Source of the DNA: Octopus bimaculoides
Lineage: Eukaryota
Direction: 5' to 3'
Length of the DNA stretch: 40,256 nt
Assembly (NCBI RefSeq): GCF_001194135.2
Contig: NC_068983.1
Coordinates: forward strand, 58,572,079-58,612,334
In this document: piece after piece, positions 22,517-33,557 of the stretch
Position numbering within the stretch: the stretch's first letter is position 1
Layout: each line of letters starts with the position of its first letter
Translations under genes and position numbers: made by a program
The notes under the pieces: model-generated
Seen by the model: the letters and a program-made list of their open reading frames with translations, nothing else
The model's database searches: none
Told to the model about the DNA's origin: nothing

Positions 22517-22698
22517 GGCGGTGAGCTGGTAGAATTGTTAGCACGCCAGGCAAAATGCTTAGTGGCATTTCATCCGTCTACATGTTCTGCATTCAAATTC
22601 CGGCGGGGTCGACTTTTCCTTTCATCCCTTCAGGGTCGATAAATTAAGTACTAGTGAAACACTGGGGTCGATGTAATCAACTAGTTCCCTCTCCACAA
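22517..22698 (+). mobile_element. SINE family A, best-preserved copy (tRNA-type head)
   Basis: ggcggtgagctggtagaattgttagcacgccaggcaaaatgcttag...ttcaaattccggcggggtcgac...gggtcgataaattaagtac...ctggggtcgatgtaatcaact. Inserted after (ATT)n(AGT)n. Confidence 0.88.
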
Positions 22699-22704
22699 AG
22701 TCAG

Positions 22705-23397
22705 TCAAGTCAGTCAAAACATGTTATTCATTTTATAGTAGTCAAAATGTATTATGCATTTTATATCTGAGAAAATATTGATTAAAACATGTCAGTCACA
22801 GTTTGTCAATCAAAATATATTTTATATCAGTCAAAACATATCGTTTATTTAATATCAATCAAAATATACTGTTCATTTTATATCAATTGAGATATATCAT
22901 TCACTTAATATCAATCAAAATATACTGTTCATTTTATAGCAGTCAAAACATATTGATTAAAATATATCAGTCAAAATACACCAATCGAAATAGATATTTT
23001 ACATCAGTCAAGCACACCATTCATTTAAAATCAATCAAAACATTGTTTTACATTATATCAGTCAAAAATTTGATTAAAACATGTCAATCACAATACATCA
23101 ATCAAAATATATTTCTATGTCAGTTAAAACATACCATTCATTTAATATCAATCAAAACATACTGTTCAATTTTTATCAGTCAAGACATCTCATTCAGTTA
23201 ATATCAATCAAAATATACTGTTCATTTTAAATCAATCAAGATATACCATTCATTTAATATCAATCAAAATACACTGTTCATTTTATGTCAGTCAAGATAT
23301 GCTATTAATTTGATATCAATCAAACCATACCATTCATTTTACAGCAGTCAAAACATATTGATTAAAACATGTCAGTCACATCAATCAAAATATGTCA
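22705..23397. repeat. 28-bp minisatellite with alternating A/B units (56-bp dimer)
   Basis: Unit starts at 23204, 23232, 23260, 23288 and 23316 (28-bp spacing). tcaatcaaaatatactgttcattttata alternates with tca(a/g)tcaagatataccattcatttaata. Confidence 0.88.
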
Positions 23398-23505
23398 GAG
23401 ATGTGTATCAGGTAAATTATTATCTATGAACTACATCACTTTATATATTTATATCAAATAACCAGAAAAATCAAATTAAAGCCATACAAAAAAGATAAAT
23501 CGAAA

Positions 23506-24006
23506 CGTAAGTGTAGCTATGCGTTTAAAAGTTTGCTTCCCAACCACATGATTCCATGTTCAATACTAGTGTGTGGCACCTTGGGCAATTGTCTTTTACT
23601 ATAAACCTGGGCTAGCCAAAGTCTTGTGAGTGGATTTGCTAGACAGAAACTGAAAGAATCCCATTATATCTATCTATCTATCTATCTATCCATCTATATG
23701 TATGTATATAAATATATATATATATGTATGTATATGAATATACATGTGTATGTGTGTGTGTGTGTATGTATATATATATCTGTGTCTATCTTTGTGGTTG
23801 TATTTGCCCCCTATACCCACTGCTTGACTATCAGTGTTGGTTTGTTTTCATCCCTGTAACTAAAATGTTAGGCAAAAGAAACAAAAGAAGTGTCTGACTT
23901 GACTTTAAAATAAATAAGTACTGGGGTTGATTTGTTCGACTAAAACCCTTCAAGTTGGTGTCCCAGCATGGCCACAGTCAAATGACTGAAACAAGTGAAA
24001 CATAAA
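23506..24006 (+). mobile_element. SINE family B, near full length, with expanded internal microsatellite
   Basis: aagtttgcttcccaaccacatg...ggcaccttgggcaa...gtgagtggatttgctagacagaaactgaaagaa...aataagtactggggttgatttgttcgactaaaa...cagcatggccacagtcaaatgactgaaacaagt. Confidence 0.9.
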
Positions 24007-24754
24007 CGATAAAAAAAACATATTAGTCAAATCCGGCTCTAGAAATATTACAGTTAAACGAGGCTTGATATAATGAGTCCTAGCAAAATATGCTAAAAAA
24101 AGGCAAGAAAAAAAAAAAAGAACATGTCAATCATATCTTGTCACTCAATTGTGAACCCCCCCGCCAAAAAAAAAAACAGAGGTTCATAAAAAAATTTTAA
24201 AAAGGGTCAAAAAGATTGATAGGAAGGAAACTCGAGAAATTACATTCATGGAAAAATACTTGAGAAATACCACAATTCCATAATTTCATTTCATAGTCTA
24301 TTATCAATACTCGAAAATGTTTTTCCAAACTGACATCCAGCAGTCATAATAAATATTGATTTTTTTTTTTTTTAAAACTAACTTTGGCACAAGATCAAGA
24401 TTTTCTGTAAAGAAGAAGGTATCATCATCATCACTATCATCATCATCACCATCATTATCCTCCTCCTCCTCCTCCTCCTCATCATCATCATCATCACTGC
24501 CACCACCGCCACCACCACCACCACCATTTAACATTCTTAGGTTGGCTGGTTTGCTAGGAACAGGTTAGCCAGAGGGCTTGTGCCAGTCAAGCACCAATGA
24601 TAATTTGGTAGATGGAAACTGAAAGAAGCCTGTATAGTATATATATATATATGTTGTGTGTGTGTGTGTGTATTAGTGTTTGTCATCCTATATTGTTTGA
24701 CAATAGAGAAGGGTGAGAAAGAGAGAGAGAGAGAAGTGTAGACCTTAGCAAAGG

Positions 24755-24895
24755 ACTGATGTTTCATGTATCATTCCTGAACGGATAAAAGACAAAATTG
24801 ATTTCGCCAGGTTTCGAACTCAGAGCACAGAGCACCAGAACTGATCCTGCAAGGAAGCATGTTTATCTGCTGTTCCAACGAATCTGCTAATATAT
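24755..24895 (-). mobile_element. Diverged SINE family A-like copy
   Basis: Reverse complement reads agcagattcgttggaacagc...tgctctgagttcgaaacctggcgaaatcaattttgtcttttatcc. Confidence 0.55.
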
Positions 24896-25094
24896 TCCAC
24901 ATTAGGCAGTTAGGTTAAGTGACCTCCACACACCGTCCCATCATCACCCCCCCACCTACCATCTCCTCTTCAGCTTGTCTTATGTGCTCTGCTGAGCTTT
25001 AATCGATCTTCACAAATTGTCTCATGTGTTGTTTGTTGTTTGTTGTTGCGTTCTTTCTTCTAAGTTGATTTTTCGAGTTAAAAATCAAAACAAA

Positions 25095-25570
25095 TGATGA
25101 TGATGACGATGGTGATGGTGGTGATGATGNNNNNNNNNNCGACGACGACGACGACGACGACGACGATGATGATGATAAGAAGGAGGAGGAGGTGATGGTG
25201 GAAGAAGAAGAAGAAGAATAATAAGAAGAAGAAGAAAAAGAAGAAGAAGAAGATGGCGGTAGCAGTGGTGGTGGTGGTGGTGGTGGTGGAGGCGGTGGAC
25301 TTGATGGTGATGATGATGGTGGAGAAGAGAAAGAAGAGGAGGAGAGGGGGAAGAAGAAGGAGAGGAAGAACTGGGAAAAGAATTAGGGAGAGGAGGAGGG
25401 AAAAGATGGAGGGGAGGATGAAGAGGAGAAGTAGGAGGGGAAGAAGAAGTTGATGATGATGATGAGGAAGAGGAGGAGGGGTAGAAAAATAGAGGAAGAA
25501 GAAGATTAAGAATAAGAAGAATGAGAAGAAGAAGAGGGACAAAGACACGAAGAAGAAGAAGAAGAATCAC
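25095..25570. repeat. Purine-rich compound trinucleotide tract (GAT/GAC/GAA/GGT/GGA)n
   Basis: Seen directly. Confidence 0.95.
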
Positions 25571-25959
25571 AAAGATGAGAAAAATGAACAGACAACACAA
25601 AGTAAGACTAAGAAATCTCTAGAACCAAGAATCAATACAACGTACTAAGGAACGGTTCCCCTCCCCCCGCTCTCCCCTTCACTAACAAAATTAATGGTAA
25701 ACTATTTTCAGCAGCTAAATAAAAAAATAAAAAAAACTATACAAAGCAACAACAGCAAGATGCTTTCGTGGTCAGTGACATTATGAATTAGCTTACGTCA
25801 CTTTTCATCTTGTGAAGTTGCGTTTCTTATTCTTATGGATTCACATTGAAAAATTGTGTTTTCGGTTTTTTCTTCATTGTATTATCAAAATATTGATATA
25901 CACCAACTTAGCAGGACGGTTAACGCTAATTTTTATTTATTCCGTTGTAACTTTTCCTT

Positions 25960-26121
25960 CTTATCCGCCTCTTTCTTCTTCTCTTTCACTTCCTTCCCCT
26001 TCTTCTCCATCTCTTCTTCTTCTTCTTCTTCTTGTCCTTCTTCTCCTCCTCCTCCTCCTCCTCCTCCTCCTCCTCCTCCTTCTTCTTCTTCTTTTTCTTC
26101 TTCTTCTTCTTCTTCTTCTTC
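25960..26121. repeat. Pyrimidine-rich (TTC)n/(TCC)n tract running into a gap
   Basis: Seen directly. Confidence 0.95.
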
Positions 26122-26657
26122 NNNNNNNNNNNNNNNNNNNNNNNNNNNNNNNNNNNNNNNNNNNNNNNNNNNNNNNNNNNNNNNNNNNNNNNNNNNNNNN
26201 NNNNNNNNNNNNNNNNNNNNNNNNNNNNNNNNNNNNNNNNNNNNNNNNNNNNNNNNNNNNNNNNNNNNNNNNNNNNNNNNNNNNNNNNNNNNNNNNNNNN
26301 NNNNNNNNNNNNNNNNNNNNNNNNNNNNNNNNNNNNNNNNNNNNNNNNNNNNNNNNNNNNNNNNNNNNNNNNNNNNNNNNNNNNNNNNNNNNNNNNNNNN
26401 NNNNNNNNNNNNNNNNNNNNNNNNNNNNNNNNNNNNNNNNNNNNNNNNNNNNNNNNNNNNNNNNNNNNNNNNNNNNNNNNNNNNNNNNNNNNNNNNNNNN
26501 NNNNNNNNNNNNNNNNNNNNNNNNNNNNNNNNNNNNNNNNNNNNNNNNNNNNNNNNNNNNNNNNNNNNNNNNNNNNNNNNNNNNNNNNNNNNNNNNNNNN
26601 NNNNNNNNNNNNNNNNNNNNNNNNNNNNNNNNNNNNNNNNNNNNNNNNNNNNNNNNN

Positions 26658-26925
26658 TCATGGGAACTGCTCATATCCTACGTAAAATACTGTCTATGTA
26701 ATCTCAAATTTTAAAACAAACACATAATTTTCTTATGGTTTCTTAAACATTCTCTAGAACAACACCATGTACAAATCCAAATATATGGTACCCTAGGCAT
26801 AACACCTACATGAACTTCTAACTTGTTGTCTCTTGAGGTCTCTGGGTGAGACTTGGATCCAACTTGTACAAATGCAAAGCAAAAGTCAAACATAAAATGA
26901 TAATAATAATAATAATAATGATAAT
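26658..26925 (+). mobile_element. R4/Dong-like RLE retrotransposon 3' end (second subfamily) with (TAA)n tail
   Basis: Emerges from a gap as MGTAHILRKILSM* (stop 26699-26701), matching the RLE terminal GTxxIxRKxL motif. A ~190-nt 3' UTR and a (taa)n tail follow. Confidence 0.75.
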
Positions 26926-28125
26926 GTTGATTTCTTTTATTTGCCACCAGGGTGAAGGATGAGGGGGGACAATACAAAGACAGACATACAGTTTGGGGGT
27001 TTACATATAATGGAATGATAATAAAAACGGAAGAAAAGTATTCACGGTATACATTAAAAGAAAGGAAGTATACATAGTATACGGCACTAAGAAAAAAGAA
27101 ATGGTGATTCACTTTTATTGGCTCAAGGGGAACAGATGGATAACATTACTTTGGCAAATTACAGAGCAGAACCTGTAAGGGTTTTCAGTTCAGTACAAGA
27201 ACATAAGCAGCGAAGAAACAGCAGTGCCTTAGCATGGCCATAGTTGATTGGCTGGAGCCATTAAAAGTGTAAGAACTATGTCTAGCTACAATGAAGTGTC
27301 CAGTCTTCTCCAGTCTCAATTAAGTCTGCTACCCTACATATTATTCAAATATTGAACACTACTTTCTTGCAGTCTTTTTATTTATGAGTTCATTGCCGAG
27401 TTAAGAGATCAATATCCTTAATCTCTGCATAGACAGAGAGATCAATACACAGACAGGGAGATAGATAAAGGAGTTGAAAGAGAGAGAGAGAGAGAAGATC
27501 AGACGGGCCAGGAGGTAGATACAGAAAGATATACATATATACAGAGTGAAAGATAGACATACACACACACACATATACACAAATGTATGTGTATGTGTGT
27601 ATGTATATGCATATATATATANNNNNNNNNNNNNNNNNNNNNNNNNNNNNNNNNNNNNNNNNNNNNNNNNNNNNNNNNNNNNNNNNNNNNNNNNNNNNNN
27701 NNNNNNNNNNNNNNNNNNNNNNNNNNNNNNNNNNNNNNNNNNNNNNNNNNNNNNNNNNNNNNNNNNNNNNNNNNNNNNNNNNNNNNNNNNNNNNNNNNNN
27801 NNNNNNNNNNNNNNNNNNNNNNNNNNNNNNNNNNNNNNNNNNNNNNNNNNNNNNNNNNNNNNNNNNNNNNNNNNNNNNNNNNNNNNNNNNNNNNNNNNNN
27901 NNNNNNNNNNNNNNNNNNNNNNNNNNNNNNNNNNNNNNNNNNNNNNNNNNNNNNNNNNNNNNNNNNNNNNNNNNNNNNNNNNNNNNNNNNNNNNNNNNNN
28001 NNNNNNNNNNNNNNNNNNNNNNNNNNNNNNNNNNNNNNNNNNNNNNNNNNNNNNNNNNNNNNNNNNNNNNNNNNNNNNNNNNNNNNNNNNNNNNNNNNNN
28101 NNNNNNNNNNNNNNNNNNNNNNNNN

Positions 28126-28443
28126 TACATACATACACACATATATACACACATACATACATACACACATATATACATACATACACACATATATATACAC
28201 GTACATACATACATACATACATATGCACACATACATGCATACATACCTACATACATACATACATACACACACACATACATACACACATATATACACACAT
28301 ACATACATACACACATATACACACGTACATACATACATACATACATATGCACACATACATGCATACATACCTACATACATACATACATACACACATACAT
28401 ACATACATACATACATACATACATACATACACACATACATACA

Positions 28444-28474
<31 letters not shown>

Positions 28475-28475
28475 G
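28126..28475. repeat. (CATA)n/(CA)n microsatellite with an internal ~124-bp duplication
   Basis: gtacatacat...atatgcacacatacatgcatacatacctac occurs at 28201 and 28325. Confidence 0.9.
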
Positions 28476-28489
28476 TATAAGAGACTTAT

Positions 28490-28618
28490 AAAATAAGTAT
28501 CAGTCTTGAATGGAAAATACGTAGTGGAGTCAATTCGTTCGACTAAAATTTTTTTTCTTCAAGTTTGTGATCCAGTATGGCCGCAATCTAATGACTGAAA
28601 CAAGTAAAAAATAAAAGA
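28490..28618 (+). mobile_element. SINE family B 3' tail
   Basis: gagtcaattcgttcgactaaaa...ccagtatggccgcaatctaatgactgaaacaagtaaaaaataaaagat. Confidence 0.75.
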
Positions 28619-28743
28619 TGTAATACAAATATAATGCAGAAATACCCTGCAGACTGCAATAGTCAATAAAATGGTAATAAATTTCCAAATTTATTGTCTG
28701 TATGTCTCAGTATCAAATGATGCATGACTCCATGGTTCTGGAT

Positions 28744-29097
28744 CAGTGGTGTATAGTAGTTTTTGTATTGGGTGTGCTGCCACACCCAATGCCACCAAAT
28801 TTCAAGCAGAGATCAACGAAATCCACAACAAGTGGCATATACCAACCACGACCACCCCCAACTATTTTTGTGTATAAATGTGAACTCTGATACACATGAT
28901 ACATTAACTCTTTCTAGCCATTTTTTTTTATTTAAGGGAGATTTAGCTGCTATTTCTAACATATCAGGTGACCGCATAGGGCTCCCTGACTGGCTGTGAT
29001 TAAGTTAATGAGTAAGGTTAATATTTATAATGAATGAATTTGCAATATTCGATAGGTGTGCAGCACACACCTAGCACACCAGGAACATACGCCCCTG
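28744..29097. mobile_element. Non-autonomous hAT element with a perfect 8-bp TSD
   Basis: TSD TTCTGGAT at 28736-28743 and 29098-29105. TIRs cagtggtgtat / atacgcccctg. Subterminal hairpins at 28767-28790 and 29053-29073. Confidence 0.87.
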
Positions 29098-29229
29098 TTC
29101 TGGATCCCCATATTAGACAAATACATGATGGTCACGGTTGGAACAACTTTGATCATAACTTCACCCGATGGAAAAAGGAAAAAAAAAATGAAAATTAATG
29201 TATATATAAAAAAAAATTACACGGAGTTT

Positions 29230-29420
29230 TGTATCGAACTCGCAGCATGCGACTCAAAAGAAAATTTCTAGCAGACTGGATTTGCTGATTGTTCATAATT
29301 TGCTACGTGGCCTTTCATTGGTTAAAGTTTAGCTGCTATGGTAACAAGTTCCGTTAGTGATGCTTGTTTGGTGATTGCAGCGGGGATGCGAAGATAACGC
29401 AATTAAACTAACACACACAT
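29230..29420. promoter_or_regulatory. Candidate promoter: CpG-retaining unique DNA with reverse CCAAT box and RFX X-box-like site
   Basis: About 9 CpG in 29220-29400; ACGTGG at 29305-29310; ATTGG at 29317-29321; GCTGCTATGGTAAC at 29332-29345 (one mismatch to GTHNYYATRRNAAC). Confidence 0.45.
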
Positions 29421-30657
29421 ATATTATATGAGATACGCATACATATGTAATATAGTTGATATGTGAATATATATATATATGTGTACACATAAACATAGTT
29501 ACAGACATACACACATACATAAGGACGATTCGCATGTGTATATGGCGTTTGTTGCTATTTCCACTGGTTCCATTTCTTCGTTGTCGTGACGCTAAGAGTT
29601 GAGAATGGAGTGAAGAAATAAGACTGAGAGCCCGTTATATACATACACACACTATATATATTTATATATATATATATATATATATACACATACACACATA
29701 CTCTCTTTCCCTCTCTCTTTCAGACATTTACACACATAGAATTACGAATGCGTATACGTGTGGTCATACAAACGTAAGAACATACAAGCCTACAAAAGCA
29801 TTTTACTCAGAAAATTGTCTGAAACTACTTTGTTATGATTTGAACGTCAACAATAAAAATAAATAAATAAGTAACTGCTTGGAGAAAGAAAGGCACAAAT
29901 ACTTTTCTGTTGTTGTTTTAAGGACGACGAAATAATAGAAAACGAAAGAAAAGCAGAAAAGAGAAGCAGAAGTGAAGTGTAGTGATGGCGGGGAAAGTAA
30001 AAAGAAACTAGAAGGAAAGACTAGAGAAAAAGTAACAGAAAGGATATCACGACAGAAAGTAATGATTATAAGAAAGGATATAAAAATGAATATAAGAAAT
30101 AGAAACAGAGAAAAAGAGAGAAAGAAAACAGAAATAAACATATAAATGAATAAAATAGAGCAATGATGGCAAGACGGAATGAATTAAAAAGTGAAGGAAT
30201 AAAATAAGAAAAGAAAGAACTTGAAAAATGCACATTAGTTAGCTTACTATGGATGCGCAGAAGTGATTTAATATTATTAATCTTCTTGCTTTTACTAACG
30301 AATGATTGGTTAGTAGAGTTGATATTACGGATGCACAGACGTGAAAACATTATTACTTGTCTTTAATTTAATTTTTTTTTCACCCTCAATATCTTGGATT
30401 TTTATGTTTCTGTGAAAATATTTTTTAAAAGTGGGTACTTAACTGGTGGGTGTTTACTGTTTCATACCCTACTTGAATAAGTTTGTTCTTTTGGATATAA
30501 TTTTTGTTACTGTTTTGGTTTTGGAAAAATTGTAATTCTTTTTAATGAAAAGAAAAAAAAAAACACCAAATTAAAAATTGATGTCAACTAAATTGGATGA
30601 CTCGAAAATAATTACCCACCAAAATATTGATTAAAAAAAGTTTAAGGAACCGTTACA

Positions 30658-30690
30658 ATGGAGAAAACCAAAATACACCAGCTTAATCTA
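30658..30690 (+). CDS. Candidate first coding exon, MEKTKIHQLNL, phase-0 donor; product unknown
   Basis: acaATGG context (A at -3, G at +4) and 11 codons, then CTA|GTAAGT at 30691. It lies 1.3 kb downstream of the CpG-rich candidate promoter. No homology recognised. Confidence 0.3.
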
Positions 30691-31100
30691 GTAAGTTCAT
30701 GTTTCCTTGTTTTATTTATTTATTTATTATTCTATACATACAACTATATATACACACATAAACACAACATATGTATATGTATATATGTACAAACATCTAC
30801 ATATCTACACATACACGCATATATAAATACATGTGTATGATATATGTGTACATATAGGTATAGATGTTTGTATAAATATATACACATTCACTCACACATA
30901 TGTTAATGTGTGTGTGTGTATATATATGGGAGAATATACAAAAAATAACAACAGACGAGGACAGGTGGTGTAAATAACAAAAGTATATATTAGTATGAAT
31001 GAGTAAAAGATGGAGAAGTTGACCTATAGACATCAGTTTATTCAAAAGATATCCAAATCATATATATGTGTGTGTGTGTGTATACACATGCACACTCATA

Positions 31101-31260
31101 CAGGGCCGTTTTGGCAGCATCGCTGGTCCTCGGGAAAATCAAAGCACTGGTGCCTATGATAGTATTTACTGGCAGCAGGCAACAACTTAGATAGATTAGA
31201 ATTGGGCCCCCCTCCCGACCTAAGAGAGCCCCCGGGCAGTGTGCTCATGGCCTAAGCCTG
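31101..31260. mobile_element. Probable MITE remnant (CAGGGCCG-type end)
   Basis: GC-rich island starting cagggccg and ending aagcctg, with internal gggcccc and cccccggg palindromes. Flanks cactcata/cacatata match 6 of 8. Confidence 0.4.
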
Positions 31261-31428
31261 CACATATATAAACATACATACATTGCCATATATATGTGTG
31301 TATATATATATATTTACACACACTCTCACACGTGTATATATATATATACATATATATATATATACACACACCCACATATATGTTTCCAAACACTCAAAAA
31401 TACATGTCATTTCCCCTTTAGGTCTTGG

Positions 31429-31630
31429 TCAACGAAATCTATAACAAGCGGCGTACCAACCGCGACCACCCTCAACTTTTTGTGTGTATAAGAGTCAACT
31501 CTGATACACATGGTACACAGACTCTCCTTAGCCTTTTTTTTTTTCCTCAATTTAAGGCATCAAAGTTTGACTAGAAGGGAGATTTAGCTACTATTTCTAA
31601 CATATCAGGCAACCACATAGTGGCTCCCTC
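31429..31630 (+). repeat. Interspersed repeat (family E); second copy lies inside the hAT element at 28812-28988
   Basis: Shared tcaacgaaatc...accaacc(a/g)cgaccacc...actctgatacacatg...aagggagatttagct(g/a)ctatttctaacatatcagg...ggctccct. Related short pieces occur near 31790-31850 and 38820-38870. Confidence 0.82.
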
Positions 31631-31954
31631 ATTAGTTCCTACGTAATTTATATTGGTTGTTAAGCACCCCGAAAATTCCTGATCGGGTTGATATTATCAT
31701 CAGCCTTTCTAGTTGAGACCATCCTGTTTGTTTAGGTATATCTAATAATGCATTCATCCTTTCCATTTACAAGACGTAGAATGTCATTTAAGGACAATTT
31801 GGCTGCTATTTCATTGAAATAGTAACCGTGTAGAGGGCCCCTTGTTAATTCGTACAGATGTTTTGTATGTATGTGCGTAGATGTGGGAGTAGCTATGTGT
31901 GTACGTATATGTGTATGTCGATTTCAGTATGTATGTGTGCGCATACACACACAC

Positions 31955-32018
<64 letters not shown>

Positions 32019-32244
32019 TAGTGTGTGTGTTTATTTATAACTGTGTTTCTTACCCTCTCCATCATTTAACTAGTTTTGTCTCTCCATTACTCTATCCATA
32101 AATGTTTTGACTGTTTTGCTGGCTAATAACACGTCTGTCTGTCGTCTGTCTATATAGTTAGTCCATTGTCTGCTTATACAGTTCGGCCAGTGTCTATCTA
32201 TATATAGTTAGTGCAGTGTCTGTCTCTATCTATCTATCTATCTA

Positions 32245-32284
<40 letters not shown>

Positions 32285-32355
32285 CCTATCTATCTATATA
32301 TTGTTCGAGCAGCGTTTGTTTATTACTCTACGTGTTTTACTTCTGAATATATATG

Positions 32356-32397
<42 letters not shown>

Positions 32398-33194
32398 TAT
32401 TACGGAGATGTACTTGCATAGCAAGTGACCTGATCTGAGATCGTGTGCTGGAGCGAAACACTTTCCACGCTGCAATTGTATATATATANNNNNNNNNNNN
32501 NNNNNNNNNNNNNNNNNNNNNNNNNNNNNNNNNNNNNNNNNNNNNNNNNNNNNNNNNNNNNNNNNNNNNNNNNNNNNNNNNNNNNNNNNNNNNNNNNNNN
32601 NNNNNNNNNNNNNNNNNNNNNNNNNNNNNNNNNNNNNNNNNNNNNNNNNNNNNNNNNNNNNNNNNNNNNNNNNNNNNNNNNNNNNNNNNNNNNNNNNNNN
32701 NNNNNNNNNNNNNNNNNNNNNNNNNNNNNNNNNNNNNNNNNNNNNNNNNNNNNNNNNNNNNNNNNNNNNNNNNNNNNNNNNNNNNNNNNNNNNNNNNNNN
32801 NNNNNNNNNNNNNNNNNNNNNNNNNNNNNNNNNNNNNNNNNNNNNNNNNNNNNNNNNNNNNNNNNNNNNNNNNNNNNNNNNNNNNNNNNNNNNNNNNNNN
32901 NNNNNNNNNNNNNNNNNNNNNNNNNNNNNNNNNNNNNNNNNNNNNNNNNNNATCAACATATGGATTCAAATTTCAAAAACGATAAACAAAAGTTGTAGAT
33001 GAAGAATAGAGCTACAAAAAGTAAAATCTCACTACTATAAAAATATTCTTTGTGTTTACTGATTCAAATAACTTTGGAAAAGATGAAAAGAAACGAACAG
33101 GGATGGGGGGGGGGGAATAAAGCGAACGAATTTATCTGACAAATCAATAGATATTCAAGTGTCTGTCTATTTATTTATGTCAGGGCTTGTCTGT

Positions 33195-33372
33195 CTGGAT
33201 TGGCAAAATCGTTGGAGTGTCGGACAAAATACTTTGCTGAATGTATTTGTTCCAGATTTACTTTACGTTTCTGAGTTCAAATTCCTCCGAGGACGACTTT
33301 GCTTATCATCATACTTCACGAGGGTAGATAAAATAAAGTACCAATCAAGTACGTGAGTTCAATGTAGTCAAC
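33195..33372 (+). mobile_element. SINE family A, diverged copy
   Basis: ggcaaaatcgttggagtgtcggacaaaatac...tacgtttctgagttcaaattcctccgaggacgactttgc...gggtagataaaataaagtacc...aatgtagtcaact. Confidence 0.78.
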
Positions 33373-33557
33373 TATTACAGCCCCCATCTTGCTATAAGTT
33401 TCTACCATTCTGCCTACGTTATAAGCAATATGGACCAGTGTCTATCTGTTTATATAGTTGTGTCTTTATCAATGCGTGTCTGTCTATTTAATTATACCGG
33501 TTTCTCTGTCTAAGCAGTTATACCTTGTCTCAATGTTATTTGCCAATGTTCAGTAAT

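Noticed and set aside
25085-25600. Poly-His/Ser/Arg/Leu ORFs (also 3582-4047 and 24304-24568)
   Set aside because: They are trinucleotide repeats open in several frames on both strands; no coding signature.
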